A stretch of DNA of 64,000 nucleotides, from positions 49,228,001 to 49,292,000 of the forward strand of contig NC_135902.1 of NCBI RefSeq assembly GCF_964194155.1. The letters are read 5' to 3'. This DNA comes from Cetorhinus maximus. Its lineage: Eukaryota. Shown piece by piece: positions 11,831 to 22,800 of the stretch (position 1 is its first letter; each line of letters opens with the position of its first letter). The notes under the pieces are model-generated. The model had not been told where the DNA came from. It saw only the letters and a program-made list of their open reading frames with translations, and made no database searches. Both the position numbers and the translations under genes were made by a program.

Positions 11831-12449
11831 AGAAGCTGAAGGAACAGCATCTCCTATTTTGACTGGGCACTTTACAGTCTTCTGCAAGGATTAGTGGTAG
11901 GCCTAAAGATTGGGAAAATCCAGCGCTCTGGCTGAATTTGGCAGGCCTGGGGATGGAGGGGCAGGATCTGACAGCAGGCCTGAGCCAAGCGGAGGTTCCG
12001 GCAGCCTGAGTTAGGGGTATCCATCAACACAGCTGGGAGGGATCGATCTGGCAGCAGGCCTGAGCTGAGTATGGGGGAAGGGGTCTGGCTGCTGGCCCAA
12101 GTTGGACTGGGCGTCCGACAGCCCTACACTCAGTAGGATATCCAGTAAGCCTGGGGGTTGAGGGGGATGCTGATTGAGTGGGGGCATCAGCTTTGGGAAG
12201 AGCAGCTGCTGAGAGTTGGGGGATTGAGGTTGGAGAGAGGTGCTTCTGAGTATGTCTGTCGGGGGGAGGTAAGTTGGGCAGAGGTGTGTGTGTTGGGGAG
12301 CAGTGTGGAGCTTTGAAGAAGCAAATTGCAGTGTCAATAGGTTTGAAGAGGCAGACTATATGTGGAATGTTGTAAGGGCATAGTTTTTGTCTGGTCAACT
12401 CTTTTGAGCCTCATGGACACTGTTGATGTTGTGCAAGCTGTCATAATGA

Positions 12450-12702
12450 TGTTGGTTACAGAACATGTCTGTTAAAGAAGTCTTCGTAGTCTTCTGTATG
12501 TTAACAGCAAGTCTTTATTAACTACTTGTAACTATATACAAATATACAGTAAAGGGTACAAGCAAGGAGCTATCTCCATCTTCTCACGTCTCTGTTCAGC
12601 ACCACACTGACCCCAGGTCTGGGTCATGTGTGTTCATACATCACTGTGTGGGTGGTACAGTACTCCACATTAACTCCGTATATACCAGACTATTATACTA
12701 CA
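12450..12702 (-). mobile_element. LTR-like repeat (TG...CA)
   Basis: - strand begins TGTAGTATAA, contains AATAAA, ends TAACCAACA; diverged second copy at 13339-13538. Confidence 0.6.
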
Positions 12703-13338
12703 CCTGCCCCACAAGTCTTTATCCCATTGATATAGTTATTATATTAGTTTGCTTCTTACATTGTTATAAGTCTTATGCATTTACCCTTATTGTTACAGCT
12801 TTAATGCTATTTCAACATTATTGCTATTACTGTATTAGCACTATTAGAACATTCTCACTACCCCATCTATCCCCTTCAATTCCTTGAAGTTAGAGGTTCA
12901 GCTGGCCTGGAGTCCATATCACCCACAGCCTCACAAGAATGCGGAAAAACTAAGAAAAAGAAAATCTTCAACAGATTCAGAACTGAAAGAAGCTCCCAAC
13001 TGAAGCCACAGAAGCTGAGAAAATTTGCCAGAAAAAGCTCCAGACACAAGAGCCTGGAAGCTAAAGGCAGAAGTTTTACTGCAACAGAAGACTCCCATGA
13101 AGTCCAGCTTCAGTATGCAGAGGTCAAAGCCTGCAAGGGTGAGCTAAATCCTTTTAACCTCCAGACTGCAGCCAGTCCTGAGAAGCCCCTTTTACTAATT
13201 CAGTCAGAACTGCTGCTTGAATGAAGCCCATCGCTAATCCTGACCCTAGGCACAACATGTGGCCTCCAAGTTAAAGAGAAAAAAGAATAATTAACTTAGT
13301 CAACTCTCGGGAACCTTGCAACTGTCTGAATCCTTAAA

Positions 13339-13538
13339 AGCAAGTCTTTATTAATTACTTGTAACTATTTATACACACATACAATAAAGGGTACAGACAA
13401 GGACCTATCTCCATGTCTAAGTCTTAACATGTCTCTGGCCAACACCATACTGACCCTAGATCTGGGTCATGTGCCTTCTTACATCACTGAGTACTCAGTC
13501 CCACATTAACCCTGTATATACCAGACCCTTATACTACA
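13339..13538 (-). mobile_element. Second, truncated copy of the LTR-like repeat
   Basis: Direct repeat of ~12507-12702 ending at the same TACTACA boundary. Confidence 0.6.
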
Positions 13539-14239
13539 CATACTGTTCCCTCCAATCTCCCAGCCCCCATCTGCCTCAGGTCTCCAGTCAGGCTGTTTCC
13601 CTCAGAGTTAGTCACCCTGGTGTTTTATGACAGATTTGGATTAGGTAGACAAAGAAAAGCTGCTCCCATCCATTAGCTCGTGGTACAAGGACTGAGGGGG
13701 GACACAGGTTTATGGTTTTGGATACAAGGAGAGGGGGGGAACAACTTGTTTACGTGGCTGCGTTTTCTGCCAGCATCATGCTTGCGCAGTTGCACTATTT
13801 TACTCCCTGACAGCATTGCGACACTACAGTGAACTTAATCACAATCGTCAGGTAAACTCAAAACATTTAAGCAGATGCTTCGTCAAATAATCAGTTGAAA
13901 ATAAGCATTATGTACACTGCATATTGCTCCATATTTACTTTTTAAAATTAAAACAGACATTTAACCAACAAAAGACGATAGCATCTCTACTCTCGGCGGC
14001 CAGGGTGTTAATTTGATCTTGAATTTGCTTCTTGCTTCAGATTTGATCGCAGACTGAACTGCAATTTAAAAAAAAAAGAGACACATACTCAGTGTTGCTG
14101 CTTCCACCTTTGCCCTTTCAAAACAATCCGTGTTTAAGTGCTTATCAGCTCACTTTCAGCCGGAACCTGTGGCGAGGCTGGGGGGTGGTGGTGTGGTGTC
14201 CTTTAGCAAAATATTACCAAAACGACCCTTCCATTGGTG

Positions 14240-15327
14240 TAAAAACAAAAAACTACTGCGGATGCTGGAAATCCAAAACAAAAACAGAATTACCTGGAAA
14301 AACTCAGCAGGTCTGGCAGCATCGGCGGAGAAGAAAAGAGTTGACGTTTTGAGTCCTCATGATCTTTCAACAGAACTGAGTAAAGTTAGAAGAGGGGTGG
14401 TATAAGCTGGTTTAAGGTGGTGGTGGGAGTGGGGGGGGGGGGGGGGGTTAGAGAGAAGTTGGGGGGGGTGTTGTAGGGACAAGCAAGCAGTGATAGGAGC
14501 AGATAATCAAAAGATGTCACAGACAAAGGAACAAAGAGGTGTTAAAGGTGGTGATATTATCTAAGAGAATGTGCTAATGAAGAATGGATGGCAGGGCACT
14601 CAAGGTACAGCTCTAGTGGGGGTGGGGTGGAAAGACTGACAGGGCATTACAGGTATAGATTTAAAAATAATGGAAATAGGTGGGAAAAGAAAAATCTATA
14701 TAAATTATCGGAAAAAACAAAAGGGAGGGGGAAGAAACAGAAAGAGGGTGGGGATGGAGTTCAAGATCTAAAGTTGTTGAATTCAATATTCAGTCTGGAA
14801 GGCTGTAAAGTGCCTAGTCGGAAGATGAGGTGCTGTTCCTCCAGTTTGCGTTGGGCTTCACTGGAACAATGCAGCAAGCCAAGGACAGACATGTGGGCAA
14901 GAGAACAGGGTGGAGTTTTAAAATGGCAAGCGACAGGGAGGTTTGGGTCCTTCTTGCGGACAGACCGCAGGTGTTCTGCAAAGCGGTCGCCCAGCTTACG
15001 TTTGGTCTCTCCAATGTAGAGGAGACCGCATTGGGAGCAACGAATGCAGTAGACTAAATTGGGGGAAATGCAAGTGAAATGCTGCTTCACTTGAAAGGAG
15101 TGTTTGGGCCCTTGGACGGTGAGGAGAGAGGAAGTGAAGGGGCAGGTGTTGCAACTTCTGCGTGGGCATGGGGAGGTGCCATAGGTGGGGGTTGAGGAGT
15201 AGGGGGTGATGGAGGAGTGGACCAGGGTGTCCCGGAGGGAACGATCCCTACGGAATGCCGCCGTTGGGAGGGGGGGGGGTGGGGTGGTGAAGGGAAGATG
15301 TGTTTGGTGGTGGCATCATGCTGGAGT
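14240..15327 (-). mobile_element. Penelope-like element 3' part (GIY-YIG domain + terminus)
   Basis: ORF 14761-15090 NLVYCIRCSQCGLLYIGETKRKLGDRFAEH; near-identical to 3648-4670. Confidence 0.9.
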
Positions 15328-15547
15328 GTCTGAGGTACGGGGCATCCAGCACCTATAACTGGATGAACATCAATATTGGGAACAATGTACAAGACTACTG
15401 GGGATAGGGATGCCCGCCTTTTGAATACATTTGAGCCCAGCATGATCGGTTTTCTGTGTAGACATCTATCAGCGACCATCTCCCGTTCACAGGAGACTTT
15501 AGTTTACTGCGTAAAGACAATCCCCTCATTGAGGGAAGCGTGCAGCA

Positions 15548-15678
15548 ATTGGAAGTACTAGTCTGTCCAATAGAAATGCAGCCTCCTCACACTACCCAAT
15601 CAGGAGCTGCCTCCCTCTATCACTAGCAGGCATTTGTCCAGTAACAGCGGAGGCTTTAATCCAGAACTAGCCAATCAG
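15548..15678 (+). promoter_or_regulatory. TERF2IP promoter with multiple CCAAT (NF-Y) boxes
   Basis: ATTGG 15548-15552, CCAAT at 15567, 15596 and 15671, just upstream of the CpG-island exon 1. Confidence 0.6.
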
Positions 15679-15723
15679 AGCCTCAGTTTGCGCCCGCCAC
15701 TGGCCCGCTTCAAGTCGAACCCA

Positions 15724-16417
15724 ATGGCCGCCGACGCCGGACCTGCGGCCTCGGCTTCTAACCAGACCTTGTCCCACTCCCGGACTCTCTTCCTGGAAGA
15801 GGACGGCGTCCCGCTCCGCTTCTTCGTGCGCCCGGGGCCCACGAAGACCTCGCTGTTCCCGCTGATCGTCCACGGCGGCGGGGTGGTGTGCCGGCACCAG
15901 GAGCAGGGCGCCATCCTGCTGACGGAGCTGGGGGAGACGGGGCCGCTGCCGGCCGGCTACGTCCGGGCCCGCTACGTGCTGGACTGCGTGGAGAAGAACA
16001 AGCAGCTGCCGCTGGACGAGTACCGCCTGCGGACCTCCCGAGCCACCGGGGCGGCCGGCTCGCTGCCGTCCGAGGCCCCGGAGGTCGGGCCGGCCGACGG
16101 CGCTGGCAGGATGTTCTTCAGCAAGCTGGAGGACGTGGCCATCTTGATGTACGTGCGCTCTAATGCCGGCCCAAATAGCGGGCGCTCGGTACGCGGGACG
16201 AACCTGTGGAAGGAGATGGAGCGGATCCAGCTGACCGCCCACTCCTGGCAGTCCATGAGGAACCGCTACTTGCGGCACCTTTGCGGCCAGGAACATCTCT
16301 ACCAGCTGGACAGCCGCTCCGTCATCCCCACCGCCGTCTTTCACCAGGTGAAGCGACCGGAGGAGAGCAGCGCTAAGCGAGCTCCCAAACCAGAGGCAGC
16401 GGCTCAAGCGGCAAAAG
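15724..16417 (+). CDS. TERF2IP: TERF2IP exon 1 (BRCT + Myb), CpG island
   Basis: ATG in CCAATGG; donor AAAG|GTGAGG. Confidence 0.93.
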
Positions 16418-19400
16418 GTGAGGCCCTTCCTGCGCCAGGGAGCGACGACCGTTTGATTGCCGGCACCGCGGCGGGTACTGCGCGTGCGCTAGGCCGTCAG
16501 CTACTGTGCGCATGTGGGAGACCGTCAGCAGCTGGCCCCATGATTTTAAGGGAAGTGTAGGAAGATCTCTTAAAGGTTTATTTGTGAGGACTTGCATGCA
16601 GAATTGTTACTGTACAAGTATACCGAATAGTCCTTGTATTTCAAAGTAATTCATTGTGTGTAGAGTACTGTATAAATGCAAGATTTTTTTTCCTCCTGTA
16701 TTCATTATAAAATCGCAGTGGTCTCAAAACAGCTTTAAAATTTATTTGTGCAGAAAATCGAAGTGATTTTATAAAAAAAGTAGATGATTTTTTTTTGTCA
16801 GACCTGGCTCATTCAATTGCCGCTTTCTTTTAAATTACCAGAAGTGTTGGTGGAGTAACAATGGTTGAACATATCTGATAGGTAACAAGCCTGACAGTCT
16901 CCAGCATGTCGACTTGGAATCTAATGAGGTAGCTGCCTCGGTTGAACAAGTGTCTGATGTAAATTCAGAGGAGGAATGCTTCAACGTGTTTCCTGTCGCT
17001 ATCCGTGAATTTGAGGTAGGCGATAATTCTGGTTTCCATAATGAGGGTTTTTGTTTTGTTTGAGCCTTGTGCCTATTTTTACAGTTCTTAACAGTGTACT
17101 GGTGTTGCCATGTTTATTCTCTCCTTCCCAAGGCAACACTAACTTATTGGTGGAAAGGGTGCAAACAGCTGGAATCTCCTTGGTTATGATGGTGATTCAC
17201 CTCAACAGACTAGACACCCAATATTCCTAGTTTATATAAAAACACAACCCCACCTCCTCCAGTATAGCCTCCCTCCACCTCAGCTGACATGGGTTGCCTC
17301 CTGAAATGAACTGTGCGGTGGCAACATCAGTTGATGCAGAGGAGTGTAGAAAGATGAAGAGGACGATTTATCAAGTAATGGCTCTACATTGGAGTGTAAT
17401 GTTTAATACCTATGCCCCTAGCCAAGCTGTTCCAGTACAGCCACAACACTGGCATCTACTTGACAATGTTGAAAATCGCCCAGGTAGGTCCTGTCCATAA
17501 AACAGAACAAATTTTAATGTGATCAACTCCTGGCCCATTGGTTTACTTTTAATCATCAGGAAAGTGATGGAAGGTGTCATCCACAGCACTACTGAAATGG
17601 GACTGTATGAGTTTGTGGTGGGGTGGGTGTGTGGTAAGGTGTCATTTGAAATGCTGCACAAGCATTTTCATTTCACCAAATATTATTAACACTCCTATCA
17701 TTATTACATTCAATATCTACTTAATCTCTTTTTGCAGATGTCAGATCAGGGATCAGCAAGTGTTGGACAGAGCATGTTCTGATTTTACCATAAGGGATTT
17801 TTATGTCCACTGCAGCAGTCAGATGAGACTTGAGCATAACTATACCCTCATATCTCCTGATACTCTGGAGTGTGACCAATGTGAGCCTTACTGATTGTTA
17901 TCCAAGTTGTAATTGTTATGAATTATAATTTGCAAATTCTTTTACATTAAATAGTGGTATTTACACTTGACCCAATTAAAGACGCTCAGTGATTGCGATG
18001 TGGCCAGTGCTGGTGAGCCTGTGTTTTTACTGGTTCTGGTTGCCCTGAGATGATGTTGCTGGGCTGTCTTGAGTCACTAAACTTTGCTGGTGCTCACATT
18101 ATAATGTTGGGTGGGAAATTGCAGAATTCTGTCCCATTGACTACGAAGGGATGGCAGCATGTGTTTATATAAGGGTGTTGTGTATCTTGGGGCATTTGAA
18201 GGTGATGGTGTTCCCATAACACACTCCTTCGATGGAGTTTGAGTGGTTGGCAGATGTTGTAGTAAGCTTGAGAACTTGCAGTGTAAGTAAGTACTGCAGC
18301 CACAGTGCAATGATGATGGAGAGTTGATCATGCACACTACTGAGTAGTGTGAAGTTGTAATGGTACCCTTCTAGGTGACTAGAGTATTCCATCTCACACC
18401 TGACTTGGGCTTTGTAGATGGCGGGGCACTGAGGAGTCAGATTTCTCCCACTCTGACCTTTCTGTCCTTGGCCTGCGACAGTGTCCTAATGAAGTTTGAG
18501 GAACAGTGCCACCTCTTTCAACTGGGCACTTTAAAGACACAATCATGAAAGCAAAATGCTGCAGATGCTGGAAATCTTAAATAAAAATAGAAAATGCTGG
18601 AATGTTTCAAGTTCATATGACTTCTTCAGTTCTGAAGAAGTCAAATGGACTCAATGTTAACTATTTTTCTCTCTGCACAGATGCTGCCACACCTGCTGTG
18701 TTTTTCCAGAATTTTCTGTTACTTCTGGGTATAATATTGAGTTCAATATTTTGGATCATAACCTCTGCCCATTTTTGTTTCTTTTGTTAGTTTCGTCTTT
18801 TCTCGTTTCTTAATTTCTTTTCTTTTGCTTTCAGACAGCAACTATCCTGCCATTCACATCTCTAGATAGATCTTCTATTTCTTTACACGCCCCATTACCA
18901 CTCCCTTTGGCCTTGCCAAAGTAACTATTTTGATATTTTAATCACACATGCCCTCTGACCTATTATGTACCTTCCCCTTTGTTCTTCCCATCTTTCCCTT
19001 CCCCCACCAACCCTTTACTTGCTGAAAACCTATTACATTTGAAGTCATTGACCAGAAATGTTAGCTCTCCACGGATGCTGCCAGACCTGCGGAGCATTTC
19101 CTGCAGTTTGTTTTTATTAAACTGGGTTGGTAGTTTACTTGATTATAATACTCAGCATAGCCAGGTGATAAGAGAAGGGGAAAATTGATTGGGAGATATA
19201 AATTTGTCATCACCTGATTTGCCTATTCAGGAGCATTCTGAAATGAAACAGACCAGAGTTGATGGCTAGAGCACCTTCTACAAATGAGCTGTTTGCACCA
19301 TATCTAGTTGCTTTGTGATAAGTTGTTTACTCCAAATGACTGACTTGAAATTATTTTGTTCCTCATTCTAGGTTGAAGATGATACTCCTGAGCTGCTGGT

Positions 19401-19869
19401 AGAAGTCAGTGATGAAATGGGGACAGAAAAGGTCCCACGAGAGCAACAGATGGAGACTGACAAAGTGAATCCTGATGAGCATCGTACTAAGCATAAAGTA
19501 ACTTTGGCAGAGTTTGTCATGGATAACGAGCAATCAGAATTAGACTCTCAGACACCAGTGGATGAGTTATCCTCTATGCCTACAGCCTCCCAGGATGAGG
19601 TGGAATGTGCAATTAGAGCTATCAATACATTGATGCAAACTCATAATCTGGATCTCTGTGCAGCCACACAGTTGTTATTGAAAAACAATGGGGAGCTGAC
19701 AGCAGCGTTACATTTTATGGAGACTGGTCACCGGCCAGATGGTTATCCTATCTGGACACACCAAGATGACCTCGACCTGGAGGATGTTGACATCAAAGTA
19801 CAGGGGAGGTTAATCCAGAAATTTGGCTCGGAGAATTTGGCTAAACGCATCGCCTTTCGTAAAAGTTAA
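15724..19869 (+). CDS. TERF2IP: Telomeric repeat-binding factor 2-interacting protein 1 (RAP1, shelterin); 3 exons: 15724-16417, 16882-17015, 19372-19869; about 441 aa
   Basis: BRCT domain (HSRTLFLEEDGVPLRFFVRPGP...YVLDCVEKNKQLPLDEYRL), Myb domain (GRMFFSKLEDVAILMYVR...LWKEME...HSWQSMRNRYLRHL), RCT domain (LLKNNGEL...GHRPDGYPIWTHQDDLDL...KFGSENLAKRIAFRKS); exon lengths 694+134+498=1326 nt, frame continuous with GT-AG introns. Confidence 0.95.
16882..17015 (+). CDS. TERF2IP: TERF2IP exon 2
   Basis: Only in-phase AG found after the in-frame stop at 16866 (GATAG|GT); encodes ...EEECFNVFPVAIREFE; donor GAG|GTAGGC. Confidence 0.75.
18040..19120. mobile_element. Old LINE fragment plus degraded Penelope termini in TERF2IP intron 2
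   Basis: MEYS-type LINE remnant on - strand; GCAGATGCTGGAAAT terminus and inverted copy with CTGAAGA core at ~18548-18720. Confidence 0.6.
19372..19869 (+). CDS. TERF2IP: TERF2IP exon 3 (RCT domain)
   Basis: Acceptor TCATTCTAG|GTTGAAGAT; ends RIAFRKS-TAA. Confidence 0.93.
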   Translation, partial: VEDDTPELLVEVSDEMGTEKVPREQQMETDKVNPDEHRTKHKVTLAEFVMDNEQSELDSQTPVDELSSMPTASQDEVECAIRAINTLMQTHNLDLCAATQLLLKNNGELTAALHFMETGHRPDGYPIWTHQDDLDLEDVDIKVQGRLIQKFGSENLAKRIAFRKS

Positions 19870-22800
19870 CAGCAAATGGACATTTGGACTGTAACTTTAA
19901 GGAGGCAGGAGCTTGAACACTGTCCTTTTAGTCTCCAAGACCGAAGTTCACATCTGAATCTCACTGGATGGGATGCAAGTTTCTGCCAGTTGTACTCAAA
20001 TGAGTTGAGTAAAATCCCATTCATGAAACCGAAGTACAAAACTACCACTAGTTTGGCACAAATCTGGACCAGATATGGATTATCTCCTGTTTCCATATCC
20101 CATAAGAGCTGATCTAAAGAAGTTGAAGTGGTGATCTGAGTCTTGGGTTTTTTTTTAAATATAGGAAAAGGAATTTTGAGTGGTCATTCAACCTGTGCTC
20201 TGTCCAACTAAGTTGAGTTTGGAAGATATCAGCCAAGTATTAATGAATGTAACTTTTATTTTAAAAAAACTTTAATTTGGCCTGTGGAGTAGGGAGAGAA
20301 AGACCATGTAGCAGTAGTTTCAGGAAGGGATTGTGCCCCCCCCACAAGACCAAGGATAGGAATGACCAAAGGAACGAATGGTGATGTGGCTTTGCACAGA
20401 AAACCACCTTATTAAAATTTAAGAAGCACTGGTGATCTGTTTAACACTATCCAAATCTTCCTTTTGAGAAATTGAAATCTGCATTCCTGCAAATTCTACC
20501 ATTCAAACAACTGTTACACAGGTGCAGTTTCTGGGCCTACTGCCTGCTAGGATCTTAAACAAGGAAAATTTTAAACTTGTAGGACAAAGCCCCCTTATCT
20601 GTCCGTAACTTAGGGTCTGTTTGGCTGAAAACATTGTGACCTTAATATTAAACCCTACAACAGGCAGAAGAGGTTCAGGGATAGAGAGATTTTAGATACT
20701 GAATACCTAACATATAATTAGCCTTCCACAGTGCACTTGGAAGTCTGACTTCCTTGAGGAAACCTTTGGTTTCCCTTAGCCACCTGATTTCAGGCTCCAC
20801 CTCTTGCAATTGTGGACCTCTCTGACCTTCCAATTACTCAAACGGGTCTGCTGCTATGGCCGGCTCCTGGTGTACTTTCACACGCTCCAGCCTGTTCATT
20901 TGGCTGGTTCGTGGGCAGGAATTGGAGTGTAATAAAATCTTGTGACTTGCCTTTTTGGGTTCTTTGGCTGTTCTACCTCTCTTGAACTCTCCCCATAAAT
21001 ATCGGTCTTTGGGTTTTGTTTTGAAGCTAAATATGAAAAATTAGGTCTTATTTCAACTTGGTACAGTTCCAATAGTTGTTAAACTGGTGAGGGTATTCCC
21101 TGTACAGTTACTTCCTCCTCAAGCCCAGAGGATGCCACCAACATAGAGGCAACAGTCCATACCCTAGCCTGATGAGCTATGGTTCTTGTATTGTCCTGCA
21201 ATATGTTTAATTTATGCACTCCAATAAAATACACTAAGCTAATAACTATTGCAAATATCTATCAGTATGCAAAAATACATGAGGGATAGGTGGAAAAACA
21301 ACTGGGCTCTTGAGTGATAATGTCAGGAGATATGAGCACAATAGTACTCTGTCCCCAAAGCAGTAACAGTTATAAAACCTAGTGAAATATTTTACCTAAT
21401 GCTAGTACACTCATGCTTGCAAAAGTTGACCAATTTTGAGGTGATTATAGCTAGACCTACTCAGTTGTTTTCTCAGTCTTTGATCTTGTGTGGTGGTTAA
21501 AGGAAGACCATGTCTTCCAGGGCATCACCTTTCCCCTCAGGTGATTGCTAATAGAATAGGGTGCCTTTCGGCAAGACACCAAGCTCAGGGCAATGACACT
21601 TTAGTCCACCAGACATAGCAACTGGAATTAAGAACTGAAAATGCACTGCTTTTAGACCATAGTCCAGAGCTAGTTCCCAAGTATATTTACCTAGACTTGC
21701 CAATACATGGCATGTCATCAAAGCTTGCAATGACAAGTTGGAAATGTGGTTAATTGAGGATGAATAAACTTTGAGAATATCAACAGATTGGTGAAATGTT
21801 GGTGTCACCACACTCCCTTCACTTTATCTTCTCAACCTCACTGCAGCACATGACTCCCCCAAACCCACAGGTGTTGAAGCTGGGAAGAGTGGTGCTAGTG
21901 CTGCTCCCTGTGCATATGTACTGTGCTGGTCTAGGGTGTGCATGCACAGAAGCACAGGCACTAACCATGATTGGGCAGTGATGAGGAGAGAAATCTGGGA
22001 CGGTTAGTCACCCTAGTATCATCAAACGAAAACCTAGGTGCACATAATTGGAAGAGTCAGGTAGCACTAAAGTAGGAAATAGTAAGATATTAGTGGGGTC
22101 AGAATAAGAGGGAAAGTAATAAGGTCTAAATTTATGATTACTATGCATTATGCAAATGTGATAGATAAGATTGAGCTGCAGGCACGGATTGTCATGTGGA
22201 AATATATAGTGGCCATAACATCTAGCTCAGTAGTATTGGGTACAAAAAATTCCTGGCTACAAGGTGTTCAGGAAATAGAGGGAAATGAAAGGAGGGGTAG
22301 CAGTATTGAGGTGAATGTTAGTGCTGAACAGAGGATGGCTAAAGGGTTCAAGGACAGAATCAACTGATTAGGGTTAAGAAACAGTAGACGTTCCATTATA
22401 TTGCTGGGTTTAATTACAAGCCATCAGTGAGTGGAAATAACGTACTCTTGAAAATAAACCAATTAAAAAAAATGAAGAGGTAAATTAACTAACAGGGATA
22501 ACACCTTACAGCGGCACAGTAACTTAAGTTTCCTTTGTAGATTTGTTCTTTAAAAACACAAATCAAAACATTGGTTCTGGAGTGTAATGATGTACCGAAG
22601 GCCTAGTGTGCCAGCAGACACCACATGCTCCCTCTGCAGGGGCACCTGACCACAAGCATAGCTGCAGAAGAGGGGCAGTCAGGCTGGAGGAACCCATCAA
22701 CTGCCCACTGCCTGAACCTATTAATGGCCAACTTGACCAGGCCCAGGCTTACATCCAGAGATTGAACAGAAAACTTGTATTACAGGTTAGTCAAATATCA

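Noticed and set aside
13620-15548. KARS1 first exon or telomeric (TTAGGG)n arrays near TERF2IP
   Set aside because: Neither was recognisable; the region is mostly Penelope-derived
15667-16407. 246-aa antisense ORF and other overlapping frames in TERF2IP exon 1
   Set aside because: Expected shadow ORFs in very GC-rich coding DNA; no recognisable domain
15634-16560. 308-aa single-exon ORF as the full TERF2IP product, or TERF2IP as a retrocopy
   Set aside because: The ORF starts at TTG upstream of the real ATG (15724) and runs past a clear donor at 16417; exons 2 and 3 supply the RCT domain
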